Shown: positions 49,674 through 59,203, numbered from the stretch's first letter. The stretch is 64,000 bases of DNA from an uncultured delta proteobacterium (GCA_963711835.1 CAVQFQ010000017.1:288001-352000), one strand, 5' to 3'. Notes: generated by a model not told the origin, from the letters alone. Numbers and translations are program-made.

Positions 49674-49817
49674 TAGTGTAGTGTCTCAGACAAGTCTTTA
49701 CAACGTCTTAAAGAGCAGTCATTCCCGCGGAAGCGGGAATCCAGAAATAAAAAAACTGGATTCCGGGTCAAGCCCGGAATGACGGCACTGTAAAGCCATT
49801 ACGGAGACACTACATTA
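49674..49817. repeat. Gene-less CGTC-type palindromic repeat doublet (MITE-like)
   Basis: Outer IR TAGTGTAGTGTCTC / GAGACACTACATTA; inner GTCATTCCCGCGGAAGCGGGAATCCAG (49718-49744) and CTGGATTCCGGGTCAAGCCCGGAATGACG (49756-49784). Confidence 0.88.
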
Positions 49818-51688
49818 GGATCAGGGATAATTACCTTGGTTAAAGAAACCATAAATTCGCCCGCCTTTTGCACCCCGATCACCCGGGTTCCCGGAATCTC
49901 TTTTCCCTGATCATCAAAAAATAAGACCGCCGGTGGGCCGAAGAGGCCGAACTGCTTAAGCAGGGCCTCGGTTTCGGCCGTGTTCCGGGTGACATCGGCT
50001 TTGATCAAGGTCAGCCCCTTAAGTGCCTGTTGTACTTTTGGATCGGCAAAGGTGAAGCGCTCCAATTCCTTGCAGGCCGTGCACCAGTCCGCGCTCACAT
50101 AGAGCATCACCGGCCGGCCGGATGCCTCTTTTAAAAATCTCTCCAGTTCTCCGAGACTAGTCAGGGATTGAAAGGCAGGCATTGAGGTTGGAGGTTGGAG
50201 GTTGGAGGCGGGAGGAAAATTCTTGCGGTCCAGTCGGTTCAGTCCTGGACCTGATCTCGGATAAGGGCTGCAACAGGTCTTTCCCTCCCGAAAGGGCCCC
50301 AATGATCAAAACAATTCCGACCAATAAAACAAGGACGCCGATTCCCTTCCGGAATTTGGCCCATCCACCGGCCGGGACAGGCAAGGGATCGAGGGAATTT
50401 AAATAGATCGAGCTGATAATCAGTAAGGCCCCCCAGAGAAATAGGGTGACCGGACCGGGTATAACCGGGGAGACGATCCAGACGGCTACACCCAACAGGA
50501 TCCAGCCGAAGAAGGCCTTGATGGCCATCATCCACTCCCCGGCCCGGGGCAGCAGAAAGCCGGCCGAGGTTCCCAGGATCAGGAGCGGCACCCCCATTCC
50601 CAGGGCCAGGGAAAAAAGGGCCGTCCCGCCCAGCCAGACATCCTGGTGCCGGCTGATATAAATAAGGGCCCCGGCCAGGGGCGCAGTGACACAGGGGCCG
50701 ATAATCAGACCTGAAAGCACCCCCATGATAAAGACCCCCAGAAAAGTGCCGGCCTTTCGTTTGTTGCCGGCGGCGGTCATTTTACCCAGGAAGGAACCGG
50801 GGAGCTGTAAATCATACCATCCGAACATGGACAGGGCCAGGGCGACAAAGATCAGGGCAAAACTTCCCAAAACCCAGGGATTCTGCAAAGCGGAGGCGAT
50901 AAGTCGGCCCGATAAACCGGCCGCCACCCCGGCGGCCGTATAGGTCAGGGCCATGCCCAGGACATAGGTCAGGGAAAGGAGAAAAGACCGGATTTTTGTG
51001 GCTTCTTGGCCCTGGGCCACGATAATTCCCGAAAGGATGGGGATCATGGGAAAGACGCAGGGAGTCAGGGACAAGAGCAGGCCCAGTCCGAAAAAGGTCA
51101 GGATAACCATGAAGAAATTTTTCCGGCTGAAGAGCCCGGAGATATCACCGCCGATCCCTTTTCTCCATCGATGTCTTGCTTACTTGGGGCTGTCCCCTCC
51201 CCGGCGGGAGGGGATGAGGGGAGGTTGAATGGCGGAGACGCGGGGAGGGGGGACGCGGAGAGGGAAGAAAGATCGAGCTGAAACTTCTGCACCTTCGGCG
51301 GATAGCACAGCCCGGCATCGGAACAGCCCTGATAGGCGATGGAAAGGGCCAGGGTCTGTTTTTCCTTGGGTCGGCCTTTAAAGGGGAGTTGGACCGAAAC
51401 CGTATCCCGGTAAATTTGGGTGGATCCGAAATAAGGATCTTTTTTGACCCGGCCCTTCGGAAGTGCTACCGGTTCCAGGGAAAATTCCTCGGGCAGGAGG
51501 GCAAACTTTAATTTGTCCCGGTAAAGATAGTACCCCTCGGCGATGCGGACCGTTACTTCTATGCGGTCCGGCTGGGCGATCCGGGCCTGTATCTGAAAGG
51601 CCTGTTCGGGTTTAAGAGGCTGGCTGTTTCCCAGTGAAGGTAAAAAGAATGAAAGAATAAGGAGCAGAGAAAAAATTAGGTTGGCCAT
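49799..51688 (-). CDS. dsbD: Thiol:disulfide interchange protein DsbD, split by two frameshifts (~51160, ~50200)
   Basis: Alpha domain (GYYLYRDK, YQGCSDAGLCYPP), beta TM domain (LTPCVFPMIPI, GPCVTAPL) and gamma thioredoxin (ADWCTACKE, FGPP) in three successive ORFs. Confidence 0.9.
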
Positions 51689-51734
51689 GGAGGCGTATTG
51701 AATAATGTATTATTTTAGCTGATAAATCATTTAA

Positions 51735-51821
51735 AAATCCCTCCCAACCTCCCTTTGATAAAGGGAGGGGACTATTGGAAGGATTCCCCCCCCTTTGAGA
51801 AAGGGGGGAAAGGGGGGATTT
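51735..51821. repeat. C/G-run palindromic repeat doublet (REP-like)
   Basis: AAATCCCTCCCAACCTCCCTTTGATAAAGGGAGG ... CCCCCCTTTGAGAAAGGGGGGAAAGGGGGGATTT in inverted arrangement. Confidence 0.75.
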
Positions 51822-51918
51822 GTCGAAAGGTTTTTCAAGTCCTAAGGGACGGTTTTAAGAATCTCTTCGGCATTTTTCAGGTAAGGCAGGGCTTCCGTCA
51901 TCATCACGTCCTATTTTT

Positions 51919-52335
51919 TTACTGCTTATAAACAAAGATGCTCACATAGGCGATGGCCCCACGGTAGGAGGCGGTAACCTGATCCACGACGCTGGTTTGA
52001 GTAGTGGTGGTGCTGGCCGCCGGGGCCGTGTAAACCGCGTGGGACACCCCGCCGTCCAATGGGGTGGCCACTGAAAAGGTCCCGCCCTGGGTGGAGGAAT
52101 AGGTGATGGCTGTGGTGGAGGAATCATTGACCGGGTTTCCGGAGGCGTCCTTCACGGAGACGATCAGGGTAGACTGCCCCCCATAGGGAATGGTGGTGTT
52201 AGTGGCCGTCAGGCTCATGGTATATCCGGAGCCCGAACCATATCCGCTGGAACTGAGGGTGTTGGAAGAACAGCCGGCAAAACCCAAAAGAGCCAAAAGA
52301 GCGACGATCCAAAACCAGGTTTTAATGTGGGACAT
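51919..52335 (-). CDS. Lipoprotein with Ig-like/invasin-type domain
   Basis: Lipobox FAGC; STLIVSVKDASGNPV. Confidence 0.7.
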   Translation of the reverse strand: MSHIKTWFWIVALLALLGFAGCSSNTLSSSGYGSGSGYTMSLTATNTTIPYGGQSTLIVSVKDASGNPVNDSSTTAITYSSTQGGTFSVATPLDGGVSHAVYTAPAASTTTTQTSVVDQVTASYRGAIAYVSIFVYKQ

Positions 52336-52349
52336 TTTTCCCTCCGTTA

Positions 52350-52826
52350 TTAAAGAAATAATGATACGATCGTGGATCCCTTGATTATCGTCGGACCTAA
52401 GACGGTGGCCGTGATTACCGTATCCCCGGAAATCCCTCCGGTGGCCGTAAAGGTGGTGGTGAAAAGGCCCCCGGCCGCCAGCCCGCTTTGAGGTTCCAGG
52501 GTGCCCCCCAGGCTGGAGCTCATGAAGACCTGCCCTTCGGCCCTCCGGCCGCTGCTGTCGGTTACCACCACGATAATGGTGGTGGTCCCGCTGAAGGCCG
52601 AAATACTGTTGCTACTGGCCGTCACCGAAACCGAGGCCGGGGCCCCGCCGGCGCTTCCCGACCCGGTTTGGGTTCCGCTGCTGTAGCTTTCCTTATCGTT
52701 ATTGGAGGAGCCGCAGCCTAAACTTAAAAACAAGAGTATGAATAGGGCACAAATCCCCGGGCCGGGAAACAGCTGCTGTTTTTTTAATTTTAAGGAGAAC
52801 ATGGAGGTATGATTAACGTGTGCCAA
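52350..52826 (-). CDS. Lipoprotein with Ig-like/invasin-type domain
   Basis: Lipobox SLGC; TTIIVVVTDSSGR..G....ITATV; start uncertain. Confidence 0.65.
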   Translation of the reverse strand: MAHVNHTSMFSLKLKKQQLFPGPGICALFILLFLSLGCGSSNNDKESYSSGTQTGSGSAGGAPASVSVTASSNSISAFSGTTTIIVVVTDSSGRRAEGQVFMSSSLGGTLEPQSGLAAGGLFTTTFTATGGISGDTVITATVLGPTIIKGSTIVSLFL

Positions 52827-53102
52827 AAAAATAGTCTTTCACCTAAAGCTAATCCGAAAAATTCGGAAAGGTCTTTGCCACCGACACGCACAGACAGCCT
52901 GGCGGCGACCTGCCGCCAGGCTCCCGGCAGGTAAAAACAGTGCCTGGCCAAGAGCTAAAAAAATAGTGAGTGTCTTACTCGCGCCGGACCTAATTCTTTT
53001 TCCCGTCAATCTTATTTCTTTTTTAAAATTTGTCAAGAAATTAGCATGGCAGAAAGGCCGAAAAACTAAACCCTTGAAGCTCGAATTTCCCTAAAAAAAT
53101 AC

Positions 53103-53131
53103 TTGACAAAACCCCCTCAACTTGCTATGGA
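53103..53131 (+). promoter_or_regulatory. Candidate sigma70 promoter of the porin gene
   Basis: TTGACA-17-TATGGA with a TG extension. Confidence 0.5.
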
Positions 53132-53255
53132 TAGACCAAAAGCTATGACTAAAAAAGGGGGTGGTGCCCGGTCTGGATAATAAAAGTTAGTTATATCAGT
53201 AGGTTGTATAGAAAAAGAGATTAAAAAAACACAATTAACAAGGAGAAAAGAGACG

Positions 53256-54476
53256 ATGAAAAAATTAGCGATTATTGCTTTGGTTTTAGGGTTGGCGGTC
53301 GCTTTCGCGGTGCCCGCCTTTGCCTTTAAAATCGAAGGCGCCAAAGACCAGAAGTTTTATTTCGGCGCCCAGATCTACACGGATATTGGTTGGCAAAATC
53401 GGTCCAAGGAGATGAATAACTGGAACGGCACCGGAAGCAACGGTGACAGTGACCGGAGCGTCATGTTCCTGAACTTTCCCCGTCATTCCCGGCTCCAGGG
53501 TTCGTTTGAGAGCGGTGCCGCTGGTGGATTTTTTGATGTCCGCTTAGGCCGTGACAACGTTTCCAGCCATGAACAGGGGGATGCCCCCAATGCCGCCGAC
53601 AAGAACAACCAGTTGAATTATATTGAAGCGGCCCAACTCTACGGCTGGTACACGTTCGGCAATTGCAAGATCATGGCCGGTAAGATGGACGGCAGTATCC
53701 TGGCCATGACCCCCGCGCAGAACCTCGGGTTTAATACCAACAACCATATAGCCGGCTTCGGCTGGGGCGCCATTTACGATGACCGGGCCGCCCAGCTCCG
53801 TTTTGTCCAGAATATCTCCAAGGCGTTCGGCTGGCAGATCTCCCTGGTTCAACCCAACGTCTATGAGTATGGCTTGGGATTGGGCTCGAACGACAGCTAT
53901 GCCCAAATCCCTGCGGTTCACGTCAAGTTTAACCTGAACTTCGGACCGGTCAGCCTCTTCCCCGGCGGGTTCTATGGAACGGTTAAATGGGACAATGTGC
54001 CTAATAACTGGGATAATAGCCTTCAGTATTGGTATGTGCAGTTACCGGTGCGGGTTATGGCCGGCCCCTTCACTGGGTTATTCCAGCTCGGCTACGGCCA
54101 GAACCTGGCGGGTGGTACCTCGCCCCCACTCAGCTTGCAGAGTGGCTATTGGTCCCCTATCCGCGGTGCCGATGGGAAAATTCAAAACGCCACAGGTTGG
54201 GCTGGTTTTTTTGATTTGAGTTTCAACGCCGGCGCGGTCATCCCTCACCTTTATTTCGGTTATGATAATCCGAAAAATAGTGACGCCTGGAAGGTTGGAG
54301 ATGACTATAACGCCAGGATGATGTATGGCGCCAGCGTCCTGATCCCTTTGCATGAAAACTTTGCCCTGTCCCCGGAAATCACCTACTATGACTATGGCAA
54401 GGTACCGGGCAATGCCGCCAAACCGGATATCGGCAAGGAGTGGTTGGCTGGTGTGCAGTTCCGGTTCGTGTTTTAA
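53256..54476 (+). CDS. Outer-membrane beta-barrel porin
   Basis: Signal peptide (AVPAFA), aromatic/Gly-rich amphipathic strands, C-terminal GVQFRFVF. Confidence 0.85.
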   Translation: MKKLAIIALVLGLAVAFAVPAFAFKIEGAKDQKFYFGAQIYTDIGWQNRSKEMNNWNGTGSNGDSDRSVMFLNFPRHSRLQGSFESGAAGGFFDVRLGRDNVSSHEQGDAPNAADKNNQLNYIEAAQLYGWYTFGNCKIMAGKMDGSILAMTPAQNLGFNTNNHIAGFGWGAIYDDRAAQLRFVQNISKAFGWQISLVQPNVYEYGLGLGSNDSYAQIPAVHVKFNLNFGPVSLFPGGFYGTVKWDNVPNNWDNSLQYWYVQLPVRVMAGPFTGLFQLGYGQNLAGGTSPPLSLQSGYWSPIRGADGKIQNATGWAGFFDLSFNAGAVIPHLYFGYDNPKNSDAWKVGDDYNARMMYGASVLIPLHENFALSPEITYYDYGKVPGNAAKPDIGKEWLAGVQFRFVF

Positions 54477-54508
54477 TCTAACTTAAACAACTTAACCTAA
54501 ACCCACAG

Positions 54509-54541
54509 ACCCTGGAGGGGCAACCTTCCAGGGTTTTTTTT
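54509..54541 (+). terminator. Rho-independent terminator
   Basis: ACCCTGGAGGG-CAA-CCTTCCAGGGT followed by a T-run. Confidence 0.85.
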
Positions 54542-54624
54542 GCCGAAATCATTTTTAAAGTGGTATTGACGGGGTGACAGGCACCTGTTAATATGCCTTT
54601 AGAGTACGCGTTAAGGAGGCATCA

Positions 54625-54840
54625 ATGAGAACGACATTGGCCATCAAAGACCAGCTCCTGGAGGAGGCCAAGGTCCTTTCCGGGGCCAGAACTAAAAAGG
54701 AGACCGTAGAGATCGCTTTAGATGAATTTGTCAGGAGGAGAAGGGCAAAAAAATTGATGGACCTGGAAGGCCAGGTGGAATTTGCCCGGACCCTGGATGA
54801 TTTTTTAAAACAAAGGAGAAAAGATGTTCCTTATCGATAG
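54625..54840 (+). CDS. vapB: VapB-family antitoxin
   Basis: MRTTLAIKDQLLEEA....G.RTKKETVEIAL; TTGACG-17-TAATAT promoter at 54566-54594. Confidence 0.88.
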   Translation: MRTTLAIKDQLLEEAKVLSGARTKKETVEIALDEFVRRRRAKKLMDLEGQVEFARTLDDFLKQRRKDVPYR

Positions 54841-55216
54841 TTCTGCCTGGATAGAATATTTCAGGCCGAAAGGATCTCCCAAGGTAAAAGAAAGGGTCCG
54901 GGAAATTCTAAAAAAGGAAGAAGCGGCCACCTGCGGCATTGTGATCGTTGAATTATTGAGGGGTGCCACAGATAAAAAAATCTATCAGTCTCTTAGAGAA
55001 GCCCTTTTAGCCCTTCCTCAAACCCCCTTAAATGATTCGGTGATTCAAAGGGCGGCCGAATGGGGCTTCTTGGTAGACCGTAAACTCAAGACCGTCCCGA
55101 CTACGGACCTTTTGATCGGCGCCTCCGCCTATAAAAAGGCAACGGTCCTGCACTGTGATAAGGATTTCGAGCTGCTGGCTTCGACCTTTGGTTTGGAACA
55201 GGAACGATGCCGGTAA
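54824..55216 (+). CDS. vapC: VapC PIN-domain toxin
   Basis: LIDSSAWIEY, ELLRG, TDLLIGA, LHCDKDF. Confidence 0.9.
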   Translation: MFLIDSSAWIEYFRPKGSPKVKERVREILKKEEAATCGIVIVELLRGATDKKIYQSLREALLALPQTPLNDSVIQRAAEWGFLVDRKLKTVPTTDLLIGASAYKKATVLHCDKDFELLASTFGLEQERCR

Positions 55217-55251
55217 ACACTAACCCAAGATAAGGGATGTAAGAATCAAAA

Positions 55252-56721
55252 ATGCAAAATCGGGGACATCCCCAGATTTGGTATGAGATCAACACCTGGG
55301 TCTGGCTGCATGATCTAAGCCGTCGCTACGGGCGAGAGATAACCCTGGGTGATGTTCCCGAAGCGGAATGGGAGGCCCTGGCCGAGCTGGGGGTGGAGGC
55401 CGTCTGGTTCATGGGGGTTTGGGAACGAAGCCCGGCCGGGCTGGTTATCGCCCTGGAAAACAAGGCCCTGCTTTCCGAATTTCGCCGGGCGCTGCCGGAT
55501 TTTAAACCGGAAGACGCGCTGGGCTCGGCTTACTGTGTGCGCCGTTATCGGGTGGATGACCGCCTGGGCGGGCCCCAGGGATTGGCCCGGGCCCGCGAGC
55601 AGTTGGCCAGGCGGGGGATCGGGCTGCTCCTGGATTTTGTCCCCAATCACGTAGCCCGTGATCACCCCTGGATTTCCGAGCATCCGGACTATTTCATCCA
55701 GGGCCAGACCGAAGACCTCAGCTTGAGCCCCGGGGAATTCTTCCCAGTCAAAGACTGGATCATTGCCTGCGGCCGGGATCCTTATTTCCCGCCCTGGCAG
55801 GATGTGGCCCAGGTCAATGCCTTTCATCCCGGTCTCCGCCGGGCAGCCCAAGACACCTTAATTGAGATCGCCGGCCAGTGCGACGGGGTCCGCTGCGACA
55901 TGGCCATGCTCCTGATAAATCCTGTTTTCGGGCATACCTGGGGCCGGCGGGCCGGTCAGGAACCGGCCCTGGATTATTGGCCTGAGGTGATTCAGGGCGT
56001 CCGGAAGCATTTTCCGGACTTCCTTTTTATAGCCGAAGTTTACTGGAACCTGGAGTTGGAACTGCAGCAGCAGGGCTTCGACTTCTGCTATGACAAGCGG
56101 CTTTATGACCGGCTGGAGCAGGGTCCGGCCGAGAGCGTCGGGCGCCATCTCCGGATGGATCCGGCCTGCCAGCAGAAGCTGGTCCGTTTTATCGAAAACC
56201 ATGACGAACCCCGGGCTGCGGCCGTCTTCCCTTGGCCGAAGCACAGGGCCGCGGCGGTGATCAGCACCACGCTGCCGGGGGCCAGACTTTTTTATGAAGG
56301 ACAGTTCGAGGGACGAAAGATCAGGCCGCCCGTCTTCCTGAGGCGCCGACCCCAGGAAACCATAGACCAGGAGGTGCTGGTATTTTACCGGCGTTTATTG
56401 GAGGCCCTCCAACTGCCGGCCATCCGGGAAGGGGAGTGGACTCTCTGCGAGCGGGCCGGCTGGCCGGACAACCAAAGTTTTCTGAACCTCCTGACCTGGT
56501 GCCGGCGCCGGGAAGGGGCGCGGGTCCTGATCGTGGCCAATTTCTCGGATCAGCCTTCCCAGGGGCGGGTACGGTTGCCCTGGACTGATCCGGCCGGCGG
56601 CACCAGGCGGCTGACCGATTTCTTCACCGGGGAGGTATTCGAGCGGGAGGGCCGTGAGATGGAGGATCCGGGCTTATACGTGGATCTTGAGGCTTGGGGC
56701 TTCCATTTTTTTCTTTTTTAG
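55252..56721 (+). CDS. Alpha-amylase family (GH13) glycoside hydrolase
   Basis: LDFVPNH, DGVRCDMA, AEVY, FIENHDE. Confidence 0.92.
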   Translation: MQNRGHPQIWYEINTWVWLHDLSRRYGREITLGDVPEAEWEALAELGVEAVWFMGVWERSPAGLVIALENKALLSEFRRALPDFKPEDALGSAYCVRRYRVDDRLGGPQGLARAREQLARRGIGLLLDFVPNHVARDHPWISEHPDYFIQGQTEDLSLSPGEFFPVKDWIIACGRDPYFPPWQDVAQVNAFHPGLRRAAQDTLIEIAGQCDGVRCDMAMLLINPVFGHTWGRRAGQEPALDYWPEVIQGVRKHFPDFLFIAEVYWNLELELQQQGFDFCYDKRLYDRLEQGPAESVGRHLRMDPACQQKLVRFIENHDEPRAAAVFPWPKHRAAAVISTTLPGARLFYEGQFEGRKIRPPVFLRRRPQETIDQEVLVFYRRLLEALQLPAIREGEWTLCERAGWPDNQSFLNLLTWCRRREGARVLIVANFSDQPSQGRVRLPWTDPAGGTRRLTDFFTGEVFEREGREMEDPGLYVDLEAWGFHFFLF

Positions 56722-56725
56722 GTAA

Positions 56726-57145
56726 CCCATTAGGCCTAACTTAAGAGCCGAGGGTTTCTCTGACGTCATTCCGGCGAAAGCCGGAATCCAGGGAGCCACC
56801 AGTGAATAAACAACCAGTGGTATATATTCTGGCAAGTAAAAGAAATGGAACTCTTTATATTGGTGTGACTTCAGATCTTGTCAAAAGGGTATGGGAGCAC
56901 AAAAACAATATGGTTGAAGGGTTTACCAAACGCTATGGTGTCCATCAGTTGGTTTGGTATGAATTGCACGAGGGCATGGGATCGGCTATTCAGCGGGAGA
57001 AGCAACTGAAAGAATGGAAGCGCAAGTGGAAACTTGAATTAATTGAGGGTGCCAATCGAAATTGGCAGGATTTGTATTATTTGATTGTCTGACTGGATTC
57101 CGGCTTTCGCCGGAATGACGCTACGCCTAAGTTAGCGCTTATGGG
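56726..57145. mobile_element. Putative element: GIY-YIG nuclease gene enclosed by CGTC-type palindromic inverted repeats
   Basis: Perfect 28-bp IR CGTCATTCCGGCGAAAGCCGGAATCCAG (56764-56791 and 57093-57120) plus an outer 18-bp IR matching 15/18 (56726-56743 and 57128-57145). Confidence 0.75.
56802..57092 (+). CDS. Small GIY-YIG family nuclease (UPF0213/COG2827-like)
   Basis: VVYILAS..NGTLYIGVTSDL.KRV.EH, LVWYE, AIQREKQLK.WKR.WK. Confidence 0.93.
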   Translation: MNKQPVVYILASKRNGTLYIGVTSDLVKRVWEHKNNMVEGFTKRYGVHQLVWYELHEGMGSAIQREKQLKEWKRKWKLELIEGANRNWQDLYYLIV

Positions 57146-57354
57146 ATGGAGGGGAGAGAGATAAGTCTCTGTTATTCACCCCCACCTCTCCGCCGCGGCG
57201 GACTCCCCCCTCTGAGGGGGACGGCCATGAGCCGGGTCAAAGAGGAAAATTTCAATTATCTTTGTTTAGCCCTTTGAAAAGGCCCGCCTCTTTCAGGCCG
57301 GCCAATTAGGCATCGGGTAAAAAAGCACATAGCGCCTATGGAACAGGGTTGGGC

Positions 57355-58650
57355 ATGAAAGAGAACAAATTTTACGACATCCACTGCCATGCCATGAATC
57401 TCAGCCACCCCAATCTGCTGGCTTTTCTGAACCGTTATTCCATCCTCAAAAGTCTAACGCTCCATCAATGGTTACCTTTCGGAACCTTCTTTTTTGGGAA
57501 GAACTTCATTAAAATTAAAAACCTCCTGTCCGTGATGGAAAATGACCTGGGGGATTTCTTCCTGATCATGGAAAACTGCCTGAAGGACCCGGATAATCCC
57601 ATGCTGCAAGGTGCCCTCTTCAGGGTTGGTGACCGGGACTACGGCAAAGTGGTCCTGACCCCTCTGGTGATTGATTTCGGGACCAAAGGAGGCCGGGATC
57701 CGGATATCCACTACAGCCAGTTGTCCGAGAAGCCGGTGGTCGAGCAGGTTATCGATCTTTTTAACGGGATCAGGAGGTATCGGGAAAAGAGCCGGGAAAA
57801 AATCTTTGAAATTTTTCCCTTCCTGGGGTTGAATACCCGGAATTATTTCCTGGAGGCGAAGAAAGAGGGCCCGAGGGATTCTTCTCATTTGGCAGCGGAA
57901 GAGACAAAAAACACCCTCCCCAACCTGCTTGAAAAATACTTCGGTGATTATCAGGCTTCCCCGGCAGCCTTGCTGACCCGAATGGGGGAATTCGATGGAA
58001 ATATGGAGCAGATGACCAGCAACTTTTTTGCCGGGATCAAGCTCTATCCTCCCCTGGGCTTCGATCCCTGGCCGGAGAAGAATGGGGAGGAACTGGAGAA
58101 GGTCCGCTATCTTTACGAATTTTGTTCCGGAAAAAAGATCCCCCTGACGGTTCACTGCTGCGACCAGGGTTTTGTAACCATTCCCGACAGGGAGGTGAAA
58201 GCCTTTACCAATCCCTCCAAGTGGGAACCGGTATTGAAACGGTATCCTGCGCTAAAAATCAACCTGGCCCATTTCGGCAAACAGGGCAAACGCCTGGGCA
58301 TCTTCAGGCAAACGAATTGGCAGAAGACCATCCTGAAGCTTATGGCGGAATATGAGAACGTTTACACGGACTTCGCCAATAACGGCCTGGATGACCAATC
58401 CTATCGATCGTTAAGGGCCTTAATCGAGGCTTCAGCAAGGCGATTCAGCCCCGGGTTTAAGGAAAAACTGACCCGGCGTATCCTCTTCGGCTCGGATTTT
58501 ATGATCAACCTGCTCCGGATGGATTCCTATAATCAATACCTGGGCTTATTTTCCGGAACAAAATGGCTGACCCCGGAGGAGAAAGAGCTCTTCGGCTGCC
58601 TTAATCCGGAGCGATTTCTATTTTCGGATCATCTTCAAAAAAGCCGCTGA
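57355..58650 (+). CDS. Amidohydrolase (TIM-barrel metallohydrolase) family protein
   Basis: DIHCH, GIKLYPPLGF, TVHC, NLAHFG, ILFGSDF. Confidence 0.88.
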   Translation: MKENKFYDIHCHAMNLSHPNLLAFLNRYSILKSLTLHQWLPFGTFFFGKNFIKIKNLLSVMENDLGDFFLIMENCLKDPDNPMLQGALFRVGDRDYGKVVLTPLVIDFGTKGGRDPDIHYSQLSEKPVVEQVIDLFNGIRRYREKSREKIFEIFPFLGLNTRNYFLEAKKEGPRDSSHLAAEETKNTLPNLLEKYFGDYQASPAALLTRMGEFDGNMEQMTSNFFAGIKLYPPLGFDPWPEKNGEELEKVRYLYEFCSGKKIPLTVHCCDQGFVTIPDREVKAFTNPSKWEPVLKRYPALKINLAHFGKQGKRLGIFRQTNWQKTILKLMAEYENVYTDFANNGLDDQSYRSLRALIEASARRFSPGFKEKLTRRILFGSDFMINLLRMDSYNQYLGLFSGTKWLTPEEKELFGCLNPERFLFSDHLQKSR

Positions 58651-58699
58651 GGATAGAGGCTTCAAGGTACCCCAGGCGAGGCCGGGAAAAAAGGAAGGG

Positions 58700-59203
58700 G
58701 TGACGATGGAAAAATATGTCAAGCTGGCCAAGAAGCTGGCCATGGTGGATGCCCGAATCATTTCACCCCGGGAAATCGTTTTTGATATCCGGGCCATTTT
58801 AAAATGCCGCTGGGGCTGTGAAGATTATTTTAAGGAGGATGTCCGCTGCCATACCCGGGGCACATCCTTTCAGGAACGGGTGGCCATGATCAACCAATAT
58901 CATCAGGTCCTGGTCATCCAGTCCCATGAGGCCAGGGCCTTGAGTCAGGCCGCACTAAAAATAGAAAGGGCGGCTTTTCTGGACGGGCATTACTTTGCCT
59001 TTGCCGTCCGGACCTGCAACCTCTGCCGGGCATGTGCGGTTCAAGAGGGGCTGGCCTGCCCGACCCCGGAAAAAATTAGACCCTGCGATCAAAGCTTCGG
59101 GATTGATGTCTATAAGACCGTCCGAAATTTAGGCTGGCCCTGTGAAGTCCTCCGGAATAAAGATGGGCTTCAAAATCGCTATGGTTTTGTGTTGATTGAC
59201 TGA
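58700..59203 (+). CDS. DUF2284-like Cys-rich metal-binding protein
   Basis: KCRWGC, CNLCRAC..C..PEK.RPC..FGIDV.KTV. Confidence 0.8.
   Translation: MTMEKYVKLAKKLAMVDARIISPREIVFDIRAILKCRWGCEDYFKEDVRCHTRGTSFQERVAMINQYHQVLVIQSHEARALSQAALKIERAAFLDGHYFAFAVRTCNLCRACAVQEGLACPTPEKIRPCDQSFGIDVYKTVRNLGWPCEVLRNKDGLQNRYGFVLID

Noticed and set aside
55262-55273. GGGGACATCCCC palindrome resembling the Y1-element TIR end
   Set aside because: Single 12-bp copy inside the GH13 N-terminus with no partner end found.
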